Shown piece after piece: positions 1 through 8,955 of a stretch of 64,000 nucleotides of DNA. A model generated the notes under the pieces. That model ran no database searches and had not been told where the DNA came from. It worked only from the letters and a program-made list of their open reading frames with translations. The stretch is taken from positions 160,001-224,000 of the forward strand of contig CAXTYC010000001.1 in assembly GCA_964248365.1 (NCBI GenBank). The letters run 5' to 3'. The first letter of the stretch is position 1, and every line of letters starts with the position of its first letter. A program made the translations under genes and the position numbers. The stretch comes from an uncultured Chroococcidiopsis sp. (GTDB lineage Bacteria; Cyanobacteriota; Cyanobacteriia; Cyanobacteriales; Chroococcidiopsidaceae).

Positions 1-738
1 TTTCTGCCCTTGTACATCGCCAAGGATTTCACCCATTTGGGGAGAAAATTCAGATGCTACTTGCTTCAGGTTTTGTAGAAGTAAATCTTGTTCTGTTTGC
101 GCCTCTTGTCTCAGTTGAGATAGTTGAGAGGTAAAACCTATTTCTAGATTTTCTAGTGCTTGTTTAGAATTGATTCTTTGTGTATCTAATTCTTCTAATA
201 CCTGTTGCTGCGACTGGGACAATTCGGATAGCAGATGAGATATATGTTCTCGTTTAGAGCCTATCTCCTGTTGTAAATCATCTGCCTCATTATTTATATC
301 ATCTACAGCGTCTTCGGCTTCTTTGAGGATGTTTTGGACTTTTTGGTTAGCCTCACCAAGTCTGTCTTCTAATTCTCCCAGTTCTTTGAGGTGGAGTTGA
401 ACAATCTCTGCAACTTCTCGAATTACAGCTCGGCGTAATAAAAATAAGGCTGCTAGAGCCGCCGCCAAAAGCAGCGCTAGGGTAGCAAGCAAAATATTGA
501 ACAGCGTCATTGTGCGGCTGAAGATACGATTTGCTTCAGCTTGAACTTGCTGTTGAACTTGTCTTTCTTGTTGCAACTGTTCTAGTTGCTGCGCCTGAGC
601 AATAATTACTGTCTTGGTTGGTTCTATGTTGGGTTTGATCGATTGGGCTTGGGCAAAACCAATAGACACTAGGAAGGTTGAAAGGACAATACCGCTTTGC
701 GACACCAATGGCAAGAGCTTTAAATTGAGGTGCTTCAT
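1..738 (-). CDS. Partial CDS running off the window start; signal-peptide/TM plus coiled-coil protein (possibly the N-terminal half of a TPR protein)
   Basis: Manual translation from ATG at 738: MKHLNLKLLPLVSQSGIVLSTFLVSIGFAQAQ...FNILLATLALLLAAALAALFLLRRAVIREVAE...; not in the ORF track because it has no stop inside the window. Confidence 0.7.
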   Translation of the reverse strand, partial: MKHLNLKLLPLVSQSGIVLSTFLVSIGFAQAQSIKPNIEPTKTVIIAQAQQLEQLQQERQVQQQVQAEANRIFSRTMTLFNILLATLALLLAAALAALFLLRRAVIREVAEIVQLHLKELGELEDRLGEANQKVQNILKEAEDAVDDINNEADDLQQEIGSKREHISHLLSELSQSQQQVLEELDTQRINSKQALENLEIGFTSQLSQLRQEAQTEQDLLLQNLKQVASEFSPQMGEILGDVQGQK

Positions 739-1108
739 AGAACTTCCTATGCCTGTCGGTTTTGTTTTGCGTTGTTGTTATTGTAGCTTCGCACCATTAG
801 CATAATTGAGGTTGGCGATCGCCACTTCTCCAATCTACCAGCACAAGGGAAATTGGGTTGCCTTGGTGGGGAAATGCTGTCGAGTGTGGGAGCGGCCCAT
901 GTGTTTAACTCATGCAGACATTAGCCTTAGTGCGAACGAAGAATTAACTACAAATGTGTATAAATATTGCGGATTATTTAAGAAATTAAGTTTTATTCAC
1001 AAGTCTCTCATATTTCCGAACTATTCTATAAATAGAAACAGCTGATTGTTCAGTTCCTCAAGGATTAACAACAAGCTGCCACCATTGATAGAACACAGGT
1101 TTAAAACT

Positions 1109-1279
1109 ATGAATATTTGCCCTTGTTGTTCCAATACACTTTTGTGTCACATACGCAATCATCAAGTTTACTGGTTCTGTCAAAACTGCCGACAAGAAAT
1201 GCCAGTGCTAGATAGAAAAAATTGCCCATCCTTAGAGGTTGTAAGAGAAGAGTTTCCAAGAAAGCTTCAGCCAGTATAA
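1109..1279 (+). CDS. Small zinc-ribbon protein
   Basis: MNICPCCSNTLLCHIRNHQVYWFCQNCRQEMP contains two CxxC pairs; ATG at 1109 is a more plausible start than the ORF-track start at 1046. Confidence 0.7.
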   Translation: MNICPCCSNTLLCHIRNHQVYWFCQNCRQEMPVLDRKNCPSLEVVREEFPRKLQPV

Positions 1280-1293
1280 AAAGCTATCGTATG

Positions 1294-1321
1294 TAGAGAC
1301 GCGCTCTAATTGCGTCTCTAC
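1294..1321. repeat. REP-like GTAG hairpin
   Basis: GTAGAGACGC-gctctaatt-GCGTCTCTAC perfect 10-bp inverted repeat just after the zinc-ribbon gene. Confidence 0.7.
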
Positions 1322-1344
1322 TGAGATCTTGCACCTGTTGCAAC

Positions 1345-1469
1345 AACCGCCTGTCACTTAAGTGACAGACTAATAGCCCTCACCTGTTGAAACGGGTTTA
1401 AACCTGCATTTGCGAGTCTACTAAGGTAAACTTCTACTATCAGTTCCTTGGAATTAATTCCAAGGTGGG
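1345..1469. mobile_element. Multi-hairpin MITE/REP-like element
   Basis: Perfect palindromes CTGTCACTTAAGTGACAG (1351-1368) and CCTTGGAATTAATTCCAAGG (1446-1465), with CTAATAGC/CTATCAG linkers and internal imperfect hairpins. Confidence 0.55.
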
Positions 1470-1598
1470 ATTTATGACAGGCGCAAGATGTAAGTCTACA
1501 AGTTTTGATCGCATGAAACAGATCGACCATGCTCACCTTGGTTAAACTGTTGGGTAGATATTGGTGGAATCCCAAATAAGCGATCGTGCTACAAAACT

Positions 1599-2214
1599 AT
1601 GCAAATAACACAACGGCATTACACTCCAGAGGAATACCTAGAGCTAGAGGAGGCGGCTGACTACAAAAGCGAATATATTGACGGACAAATCATTCCTATG
1701 GCAGGTGGATCGACAAATCATAATAGAATCGCATTAAATCTAAGTGCTGGATTGAACTTTGCATTCAGACAGCAGGATTACGAAGTTTTCATGGGGGATG
1801 TGCGTTTGTGGATACTCCAACAAGCGGATCTACACATATCCAGATGTAATGGTTGTAGCAGGTGAACCAGAGTATTTCAACAACCGTACAGATACGATTA
1901 CTAATCCCCAAGTTATTGTAGAAGTTTTGTCGAAATCTACCAAAGGTTATGATCGTGAGGAGAAATTTAAGGCTTACCGGACGATCGCAACCGAGGAGGA
2001 ATACTTATTAACAGATCAAACCAGGATATTGGTAGAACAATATTCTAAGACTGGGAAGAAGCGATGGGAATTGCGGGAGTATGACGAGGAAGATCTTGCG
2101 ATCGCTTTAACTTCTGTCCCTTTTGAGATTTCGCTACAGGATATATACAATAAGGTAAAGTTTGAAGTGGAAGATGTAGAAGGTGATGGGGCTGATGTTG
2201 AGGAAGTGGGTTAA
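1599..2214 (+). pseudogene. Uma2 family (DUF820) endonuclease-like gene, frameshifted
   Basis: ORF 1599-1865 (YTPEEYLELE...KSEYIDGQIIPMAGGS) and ORF 1759-2214 (YTYPDVMVV...VIVEVLSKSTKGYDR) are two halves of one Uma2 protein; one extra base near 1816-1819. Confidence 0.8.
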
Positions 2215-2231
2215 AGGGGGCGAAAGCCTGC

Positions 2232-2795
2232 TTATCTTCCTACCTTTAACCAACTAAACACTTGAGAAACATTTAGATTGAGTTCTATAAATTCTAATAC
2301 AGGTAATTTATCATCGCGTGTCAATTCTATCGGTTGCTGGTTTGGCAGAAAGGCAAGCACCAAGCGCTCATCTGGATCGACAAACCATCCTAATTGAGTG
2401 CCATGTCGCAGGCAGTGTAGAATATTACTAACTACCTTTGTTGCCTTTTGATCGGGTGAAAGAATCTCAATCGTCCAATCTGGGTAAGTCTCAAACACGT
2501 TTTCGATTTCCCCATCAGCATCAAATGGAATTCTGTCCCAAGAGAAGACAGTTACATCTGGTACAATTGAACGCCCGCCAAAAGTACAGCGTAATTCTGG
2601 AAACGCTAGCGCAATTCGTCTTTCTTCCGCAACTTGATTTACCGCATCGCAAAGCTTTAACTGTAATCGAGAGTGTTTGCCTTGAGGCATAGGCTTCTGG
2701 TATATGTGACCATGAATAAATTCATTAGCAGGCTTTGTCTCTGGTAACTTGAGGAACTCTGCTAGGGTAATTGGTTGGTGAACAGTGGTTGTCAT
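2232..2795 (-). CDS. Uma2 family (DUF820) endonuclease-like protein
   Basis: TLAEFLKLPETKPANEFIHG...PELRCTFGGRSIVPDV...PDWTIEILSP motifs. Confidence 0.9.
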   Translation of the reverse strand: MTTTVHQPITLAEFLKLPETKPANEFIHGHIYQKPMPQGKHSRLQLKLCDAVNQVAEERRIALAFPELRCTFGGRSIVPDVTVFSWDRIPFDADGEIENVFETYPDWTIEILSPDQKATKVVSNILHCLRHGTQLGWFVDPDERLVLAFLPNQQPIELTRDDKLPVLEFIELNLNVSQVFSWLKVGR

Positions 2796-2860
2796 ATTAC
2801 GCGATCGCCTTTCCTAAAATACTCTGTATCGTGAATATTAAAAGGACTAATTGCATTGCT

Positions 2861-3088
2861 ATGTCACAAAAACCTGTCAGCCCTTGGAACTACAAACCTT
2901 GGTGGTGTCAACCTTGGTCTATTCTCCTCACAGGTGTTAGCTTAATGGGTGGGAGTTGGTTACTGTTCAAAATCCTTTGGTTAACCGTTCTTGTCTCTAT
3001 ACCTGTACTAACTTGGATGGGCTTTTTCTTGTTAATTTGGCCAAGATTAATGATGCAAATAAGAGAGGGAGTAGGGAGTAGGGAGTAG
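2861..3088 (+). CDS. Small conserved cyanobacterial membrane protein (DUF6737-like)
   Basis: SPWNYKPWWCQPWSILLTG followed by two hydrophobic helices; ATG at 2861. Confidence 0.75.
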   Translation: MSQKPVSPWNYKPWWCQPWSILLTGVSLMGGSWLLFKILWLTVLVSIPVLTWMGFFLLIWPRLMMQIREGVGSRE

Positions 3089-3204
3089 GGAGTAGGGGAG
3101 CAGGGGGGAGAATGATTAATTTCGAATTTCCTTTACCCTTTACCCTTTCACCAACTACCAACTACCTGTACAGACGTAGCAGTGCGCTCGTCTCTACCAG
3201 CATT

Positions 3205-3789
3205 CTAATTTACGACTTGGCTACTATGAAGACGCGGATCATCTCCCCCAGAAGGTGCTACAGGAGCAGAAAATTTAGAAACTTGTCCACTAGCTTGGGC
3301 ATAAGGCAAAGGCGTGTCGGCAACCAAAGCCTCTAAGTTAGTCGCCATAATCGTACGCGGTTGTTCACCAATAGCATTCGCTATCGCCTCTCCTTTTTGA
3401 TTCAAAAACACAAAATGTGGAATCCCATCTACCCGATACTTCAACATCTCCGGCAACCACTTGGTATTATCTACATTCAGCATGACAAAATTAAGCTTGT
3501 CGGTATACTGCTGCTCGAACTGAGCAATATCAGGAGCCATCGCCTGACAGACAGTACACCAATTTGCATAAAACTCCATTAGTGTAGGCTTACCATTACT
3601 CAAAGCCACTTCGAGTGGAGTTGATTTTTCATCCAAAGCAGTCAAAGAAACTTCTTCGGTTTGACTCCTTACACCTAAAAATAAAGCAACACTCAATGCG
3701 ATCGCCACTATTACAACCAATAAATTCCTAACACGCTTCCCCACACTCAATTGGTTCGCTCCACCCGTCGATTCACCTATGCCTGCCAT
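3205..3789 (-). CDS. txlA: Membrane-anchored thioredoxin-like thiol:disulfide oxidoreductase (TxlA/HCF164 family)
   Basis: N-terminal TM helix, FYANWCTVC active site, YRVDGIPHFVFL. Confidence 0.85.
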   Translation of the reverse strand: MAGIGESTGGANQLSVGKRVRNLLVVIVAIALSVALFLGVRSQTEEVSLTALDEKSTPLEVALSNGKPTLMEFYANWCTVCQAMAPDIAQFEQQYTDKLNFVMLNVDNTKWLPEMLKYRVDGIPHFVFLNQKGEAIANAIGEQPRTIMATNLEALVADTPLPYAQASGQVSKFSAPVAPSGGDDPRLHSSQVVN

Positions 3790-3944
3790 AATACATTTAT
3801 TAAAACTTATTAACTGTTTTGATCTTTAGTTTAACCGAACACTCTACCAACCTCTTGGTTCCTCCTTGCTGCGCTTGGTTCGATAAATCAATCTCCCTTA
3901 CGCTATAACGCCCGAAAACACCTTATTAATCCCTATCCGCTTCC

Positions 3945-4349
3945 ATGAAAAAACGGGTAACACTAACCTTTCCCAAACGTGCCATTCAGATGCCAGTAAC
4001 CTACCGACTGGCAAAAGATTTTAACGTAGCTGCAAACATTATCCGCGCTGCTGTTGCTCCCAATCAAATTGGCACTTTAGTAGTTGAACTGTCGGGAGAT
4101 ATCGATCAGCTAGATGCAGCAATTGAGTGGATGCGATCGCAACACATTAACGTCTCCTCCGCCCTTGCCGAAATTGTCATCGACTCTGACGTGTGTGTAG
4201 ACTGTGGTTTGTGTACGGGAGTTTGCCCTACCGAAGCCCTTACCCTGCACCCTCAGACAAGTCGCCTGACATTTACGCGATCGCGCTGTATCGTCTGTGA
4301 ACAATGTATTCCTACTTGTCCCGTACAAGCAATTTCTACTAATCTTTAG
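3945..4349 (+). CDS. NIL-domain 2x[4Fe-4S] ferredoxin
   Basis: N-terminal NIL domain plus CVDCGLCTGVCP and CIVCEQCIPTCP motifs. Confidence 0.9.
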   Translation: MKKRVTLTFPKRAIQMPVTYRLAKDFNVAANIIRAAVAPNQIGTLVVELSGDIDQLDAAIEWMRSQHINVSSALAEIVIDSDVCVDCGLCTGVCPTEALTLHPQTSRLTFTRSRCIVCEQCIPTCPVQAISTNL

Positions 4350-4422
4350 GTTTACTGCTAGATTACCAACCCTACTTTCTCATCAATTCATGGTCTCCAA
4401 AATCCAAAATCCAAAATTGATA

Positions 4423-5493
4423 TTAGCCCAGTTTAAATACATCTACTACCACATCCCCATCTCCCCTTAGTCTTTCCTTTGCTGGCGAATCATAAACTAC
4501 TAATAATGAGGGCATTTTTGTAATATCATGAAATAGGCTTATTCCCTCAGCGCGATCATCAAGATTTCCGTAGGGAATCTCCTGCACCATGTCTGGTTTT
4601 GACAGCACATTTTCTTGCAAATTTACCCCACTTTGTAACCGATAAATTCTTACAGGACCATCTAAATCCATTGTTGGTCCCGCTAAAATTAATATGTCTT
4701 CACCCATTAAACATAAATCCCGAATTCCTAAACCATTCAAGTGAATAAAATGTTTTTTATAAAGCTGATCCTGTCCAATTTGTTTAAGCTTTAATAATTC
4801 TGGGCTACTTGTTTCTAACTCTATTTCTAGCATAATCGCCCAACCGCGTAGCACAGGACCGCGCAAACCTAAAAAGAGGCGATTTTGATAAATGGCTATA
4901 CCTTCAATATCAAAGCCGTTATCTTTTCCTGGAATTGTTGCATTGACAAAACAGCCTAGATGTGCATCTTTCTCCAGCGCATCTGTCAGTAAGTTTCCCC
5001 CTTTGGTTAACTCCAATTTGGCAGCACTCAATTCTACATTTGGATCGTCAGGGTGTTGACAAGTTTTAACTAATTCGCCTCCAATCATAGGAATGCGCCC
5101 TAAAATATAACGGTTTGCTTCCGTTTTGATTTGTGCTAGTCTGGCAATATTTTCTACATCTGTTTTATTTGATTTTGGTTTTTTGCGCTTCCAACTATGG
5201 GAACCAACAAACCAAAGGTAGTAATCAGTATAGGCAATTCCTTCAATATCAATTTCTTGGTCTTCTGGTTCTGGCAATTTAATAAAATCTTGAACATGAA
5301 ATCGTTTGTGAGTATCAAAAGTCTGCTCATCAATAAAAGATAAGCGTTCAATAGTTGCAGTTTCGTCTGACCCTAACCATAAATATTTGTCAGAGTCAAG
5401 TGTTAACAAAACAGCCGAAATATCTTCACGATGTTCTTTAAATCCATCTTCAAATTTTAGTAATACTTGATTTAGCAATGACGGGTTATTCAT
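4423..5493 (-). CDS. DUF3616 domain protein (probable beta-propeller)
   Basis: LWLGSDE, EIDIEG, VGSHS, KDNGFDIEG, LGLRGPVLRGWA, GLGIRDL, LAGPTM motifs. Confidence 0.75.
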   Translation of the reverse strand: MNNPSLLNQVLLKFEDGFKEHREDISAVLLTLDSDKYLWLGSDETATIERLSFIDEQTFDTHKRFHVQDFIKLPEPEDQEIDIEGIAYTDYYLWFVGSHSWKRKKPKSNKTDVENIARLAQIKTEANRYILGRIPMIGGELVKTCQHPDDPNVELSAAKLELTKGGNLLTDALEKDAHLGCFVNATIPGKDNGFDIEGIAIYQNRLFLGLRGPVLRGWAIMLEIELETSSPELLKLKQIGQDQLYKKHFIHLNGLGIRDLCLMGEDILILAGPTMDLDGPVRIYRLQSGVNLQENVLSKPDMVQEIPYGNLDDRAEGISLFHDITKMPSLLVVYDSPAKERLRGDGDVVVDVFKLG

Positions 5494-5636
5494 AGCTTTT
5501 GCTCGCCTTTGTAAATCTAGATTGTAGCCTGATTATTAGTTAAAAAAATCTTTACAAGTATGTATATAAAAAGTTAGCGATTAGCTTTTAACAGCTAACA
5601 GCTAATCGCTAAAAGCTAACAGCTAATCGCTAATAT

Positions 5637-6719
5637 CTATTTAATCGTGTTTACGGCACTTCTCACCCTACTTACTACACTAGAGGGGAGGGGAACGTAC
5701 CCTAGCTGGGGTGAGTATTTTTGTCCTTGTGTTAAACCCCAGTTCAGCATATCTTTCAAGGCTTGTGCCTTATTAGCATCCTGGTAGTTTTTGCTAGCTA
5801 GTATCCATGTATAGGTAACAATTGGATAAGAACTTTTACCAGCAGGGTCTGTGATAAAAGCAACTAAATTCTTAGGTAGTTTCACTGCTTCTAAGGCTGT
5901 AGCAGCTGATTGTGGCGATGGAGCAACATAACTACCAGATTTGTTTTCCAAAGTAGCTACAGCTATATTATTCTGTACGGCGTATCCATACTCTAAGTAA
6001 CCAATAGTTCCTGGCGTTTGTTGAATTTGAGCCGTAATGCCTTCGTTACCCTTTGCTCCAACCCCCACTGGCCAATTTACCGTTTTACCCGAACCAACTT
6101 TGCTTTTCCATTGAGGGCTGATAGCACTAAGGTGTTTTGTAAAGACTGCTGTAGTACCACTACCATCAGAGCGATGTACTACTGTGATGGGAGTATTGGG
6201 TAAGTTTACACCAGGGTTAGCTTTAGCAATTCTAGGATCATTCCAAGTCTTGATATTACCCAGAAAGATATCGGTGTAGACTGCGCGTGGAAGCTTCAAA
6301 CCAGATTGCACATTTGGCAGGTTATAACCTATAACTACGCTACCTGCTGTCATAGGTAGCAACACCACACCTTGTTTTACCCTCGCAATTTCTTGAGGTG
6401 TCATCGCAGTGTCGCTGGCTCCAAAGTCCACTGTTCCCTGAGTAAACTGTTCTACACCAGCACCGCTACCAACAGATTGATAGCTGATTTGAACATTAGG
6501 ATTACTCTTGTTGTATTCAGAAAACCAACGCTGATACAAAGGAGCAGGAAAGCTAGCACCTGCACCGACAAGGCTAACCCTGGAACCGCCTTGAGCCAGA
6601 AGGGAGGAGGATTCTGCGGTAACGCTCTCAGATGGGATTTGACTAGTAGCAACACTTGCACTGAAGGCGATTAAGCACACAAGAACATCCCGCCGTTTGA
6701 ATTGAACTCGATTTAACAT
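5637..6719 (-). CDS. pstS: Phosphate ABC transporter substrate-binding protein PstS
   Basis: GAGASFPAPLY, YQSVGSGAG, DFGASD, HRSDGSGTT, GAKGNEG; ATG at 6719 preceded by GGAG. Confidence 0.95.
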   Translation of the reverse strand: MLNRVQFKRRDVLVCLIAFSASVATSQIPSESVTAESSSLLAQGGSRVSLVGAGASFPAPLYQRWFSEYNKSNPNVQISYQSVGSGAGVEQFTQGTVDFGASDTAMTPQEIARVKQGVVLLPMTAGSVVIGYNLPNVQSGLKLPRAVYTDIFLGNIKTWNDPRIAKANPGVNLPNTPITVVHRSDGSGTTAVFTKHLSAISPQWKSKVGSGKTVNWPVGVGAKGNEGITAQIQQTPGTIGYLEYGYAVQNNIAVATLENKSGSYVAPSPQSAATALEAVKLPKNLVAFITDPAGKSSYPIVTYTWILASKNYQDANKAQALKDMLNWGLTQGQKYSPQLGYVPLPSSVVSRVRSAVNTIK

Positions 6720-6765
6720 TTTTTGGCACACTCCTACTACTAACCGAATCAACAGTACTACCAGT

Positions 6766-6784
6766 TGGTAAAGCCAAAGTTAAG
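6766..6784 (-). promoter_or_regulatory. Putative Pho box (SphR/PhoB site) upstream of pstS
   Basis: Minus strand CTTAACTT-TGG-CTTTACCA: two 8-mers with an 11-bp period resembling the cyanobacterial PyTTAAPyPy(T/A) consensus. Confidence 0.55.
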
Positions 6785-6979
6785 GAGTGTATAGCTTTTA
6801 TCAAAGCTATTAGCTATTAGCTGTTAGCTGTTAGCTTTTTGTCCTTTGAAGGATGACCAATAATCAATGAATAATGACTAATAACTAATAACTATTGACT
6901 CTTGACAAATGACACTTGACTCTTGACGAATAACGATGGTAGTAAGTTCTAACTATAAACAGCGATCATCAGGTAAGTT

Positions 6980-7705
6980 ATGATTGACCATGACTCTTTT
7001 ATTCCAGAGGAGATGATGAGTGCGCCAAAACATCCTCTGGTGAATAATATAGAATTACCACTGCCAGATTCGCAAATTGCCTCTAGCTCAGAAATTCGGG
7101 AAATTCAGCAGCGCGATCGCATTCCTGGTGTTGTCAAACGGCTGATTCCATTTGATAGTGGTACATATTGGGAATATTGGTGGTGTGTTCCTGGGCGCGT
7201 GTTATTGCCTGAAGATGTAGAATTATTGCAACGCGATCGCAATCGTGTCGAGGCGATCGCAACTAAACTCGTTTGGCTATGGGGTGGACTGTGCTTTACT
7301 AAAGATACTTGCCGCGATCAAAACAGCAAACCTGTGTATGATTGGCAAGAGGTAATTGCTTTTGCCCACCAGCAAGGAATCAAACCTGATTTTTTAGATA
7401 TCGATTTTTTGCCACTTACAATCAAATCAGATAACCGAAATTCTAACTCAAATCCATCTACCCCAACTCATATTGCTGTTGAACCAAACCACTGGCACAT
7501 TGAATTCTTCCAACTACAACCTACACAAGGGGGGTTTGAACTGCAAGAAGATAAAAATGTTTGCAGTTGCCAAATTTGGACAGGTAAACCCTTCATCAAG
7601 TATCTAGACACCGGAGAAACAATTACTCGCTATGACTTATGGGTTTCTAGTCCTCTCGATCTAACTATTCCACCTTGGCAACCATCTTTAATGGCTAATG
7701 AGTAA
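6980..7705 (+). CDS. Hypothetical protein
   Basis: 241-aa Trp-rich ORF with no family I recognise. Confidence 0.65.
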   Translation: MIDHDSFIPEEMMSAPKHPLVNNIELPLPDSQIASSSEIREIQQRDRIPGVVKRLIPFDSGTYWEYWWCVPGRVLLPEDVELLQRDRNRVEAIATKLVWLWGGLCFTKDTCRDQNSKPVYDWQEVIAFAHQQGIKPDFLDIDFLPLTIKSDNRNSNSNPSTPTHIAVEPNHWHIEFFQLQPTQGGFELQEDKNVCSCQIWTGKPFIKYLDTGETITRYDLWVSSPLDLTIPPWQPSLMANE

Positions 7706-7817
7706 CAATTTTTTGATTCCCCAATAGGGAATAAGTCATAAGCAGCATGACTGGTAAATTTCCCTCATGCTAGTATGGATAACTCTAAGTTAATCGACGC
7801 TGACTCCAAACAGCATC

Positions 7818-8822
7818 ATGACAGTCAATATACAAACTAAGGCAAAGACATTAGGGGATTGGGCAGCTCTAGCAATTAAGAAACACTTAAATAAAATCAT
7901 CAAGCATGAAGATGATGTGCTAGCAGATCGATCTCCAGAAGCGTTGCATCAAATGCGTGTCGGTATGCGTCGCCTTCGTAGTGCTATAACTGGTTTTGCG
8001 CCAGCTTTAGATTTACCAAAACCAGCCAAAGAAAAGAAAATTGGTGATATTGCTCGGATATTGGGAAGCCTGCGAGATCTAGATGTTTTGCGCGAAGCAT
8101 TGCAAAATGAATATAAACCGAAGTTACCTGCAAAAGAAAAAAAAGAGCTAGAAACCGCTTTAGACGACTTAGTTAAGCCGCGCCGTCAAGCATTAGCAGA
8201 GGTTAAAAAAACTCTAGAAAATGAGCCTTATCAATCTCTCAAGCAGTCTTTGAAGAAATGGCTAAAACAGCCACAATTTCAAGAAATTGCTAAGATGCCA
8301 ATTGAGGAAGTATTGCCAGATTTACTTTTACCTGAAGTCAGTAAACTGTTGCTTCATCCAGGCTGGTTAGTGGGAACTCAGGTTAAGGAAGGAGAAATTT
8401 TACATCAAGAATTAGCACCAGAAATAGTAGAGCAAAAATTGCTAGAGCAAGGAATACTTCTTCATAGTTTGCGTAAAGAAACCAAGCGTATCCGCTATCA
8501 GATGGAGGTATTTGAAGACTTTTATAGTGGAGCATACGAGGCATATCTCAAAGATATGAAGAGTGTCCAAGAAGTTTTGGGACAGATTCAAGACAGTTTC
8601 GTTTTATCGGAGTTTATGACCAATGCCTTGCAATCCCAGATGAAAAAATCCCTTCCTACCTTGGCAGAACAATTGTCACAGAAAAGTTACATCGCATGGC
8701 AACAATGGCAAACCCTACAGCGACGGTATTTGAATCTCGAAATTAGAAAAGGTTTTCACATAGCTATACTTCAACCTACCTGGGGGAATCTCAGTAATAG
8801 TAAAAGTTTTGAGAATGAGTAA
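7818..8822 (+). CDS. CHAD domain protein (polyphosphate-binding family)
   Basis: EALHQMRVGMRRLRSA, LGSLRDLDV, LHSLRKETKRIRYQME, QEVLGQIQD. Confidence 0.9.
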   Translation: MTVNIQTKAKTLGDWAALAIKKHLNKIIKHEDDVLADRSPEALHQMRVGMRRLRSAITGFAPALDLPKPAKEKKIGDIARILGSLRDLDVLREALQNEYKPKLPAKEKKELETALDDLVKPRRQALAEVKKTLENEPYQSLKQSLKKWLKQPQFQEIAKMPIEEVLPDLLLPEVSKLLLHPGWLVGTQVKEGEILHQELAPEIVEQKLLEQGILLHSLRKETKRIRYQMEVFEDFYSGAYEAYLKDMKSVQEVLGQIQDSFVLSEFMTNALQSQMKKSLPTLAEQLSQKSYIAWQQWQTLQRRYLNLEIRKGFHIAILQPTWGNLSNSKSFENE

Positions 8823-8955
8823 ACCACCCATGCCCACCGTGGAAACTTCAACCTACCTGGGGGAATGTAACGGTACAAGTGGAAACCAGTAGGTGGGCAT
8901 GGGTGGTATACGATCCTGATTAAGGGAGATATGATCGATTGTGCAGAGATAGGCT

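Noticed and set aside
614..1045. Short plus-strand ORFs 614-805 and 806-1045
   Set aside because: The first overlaps the minus-strand CDS; neither has recognisable motifs or an ATG start
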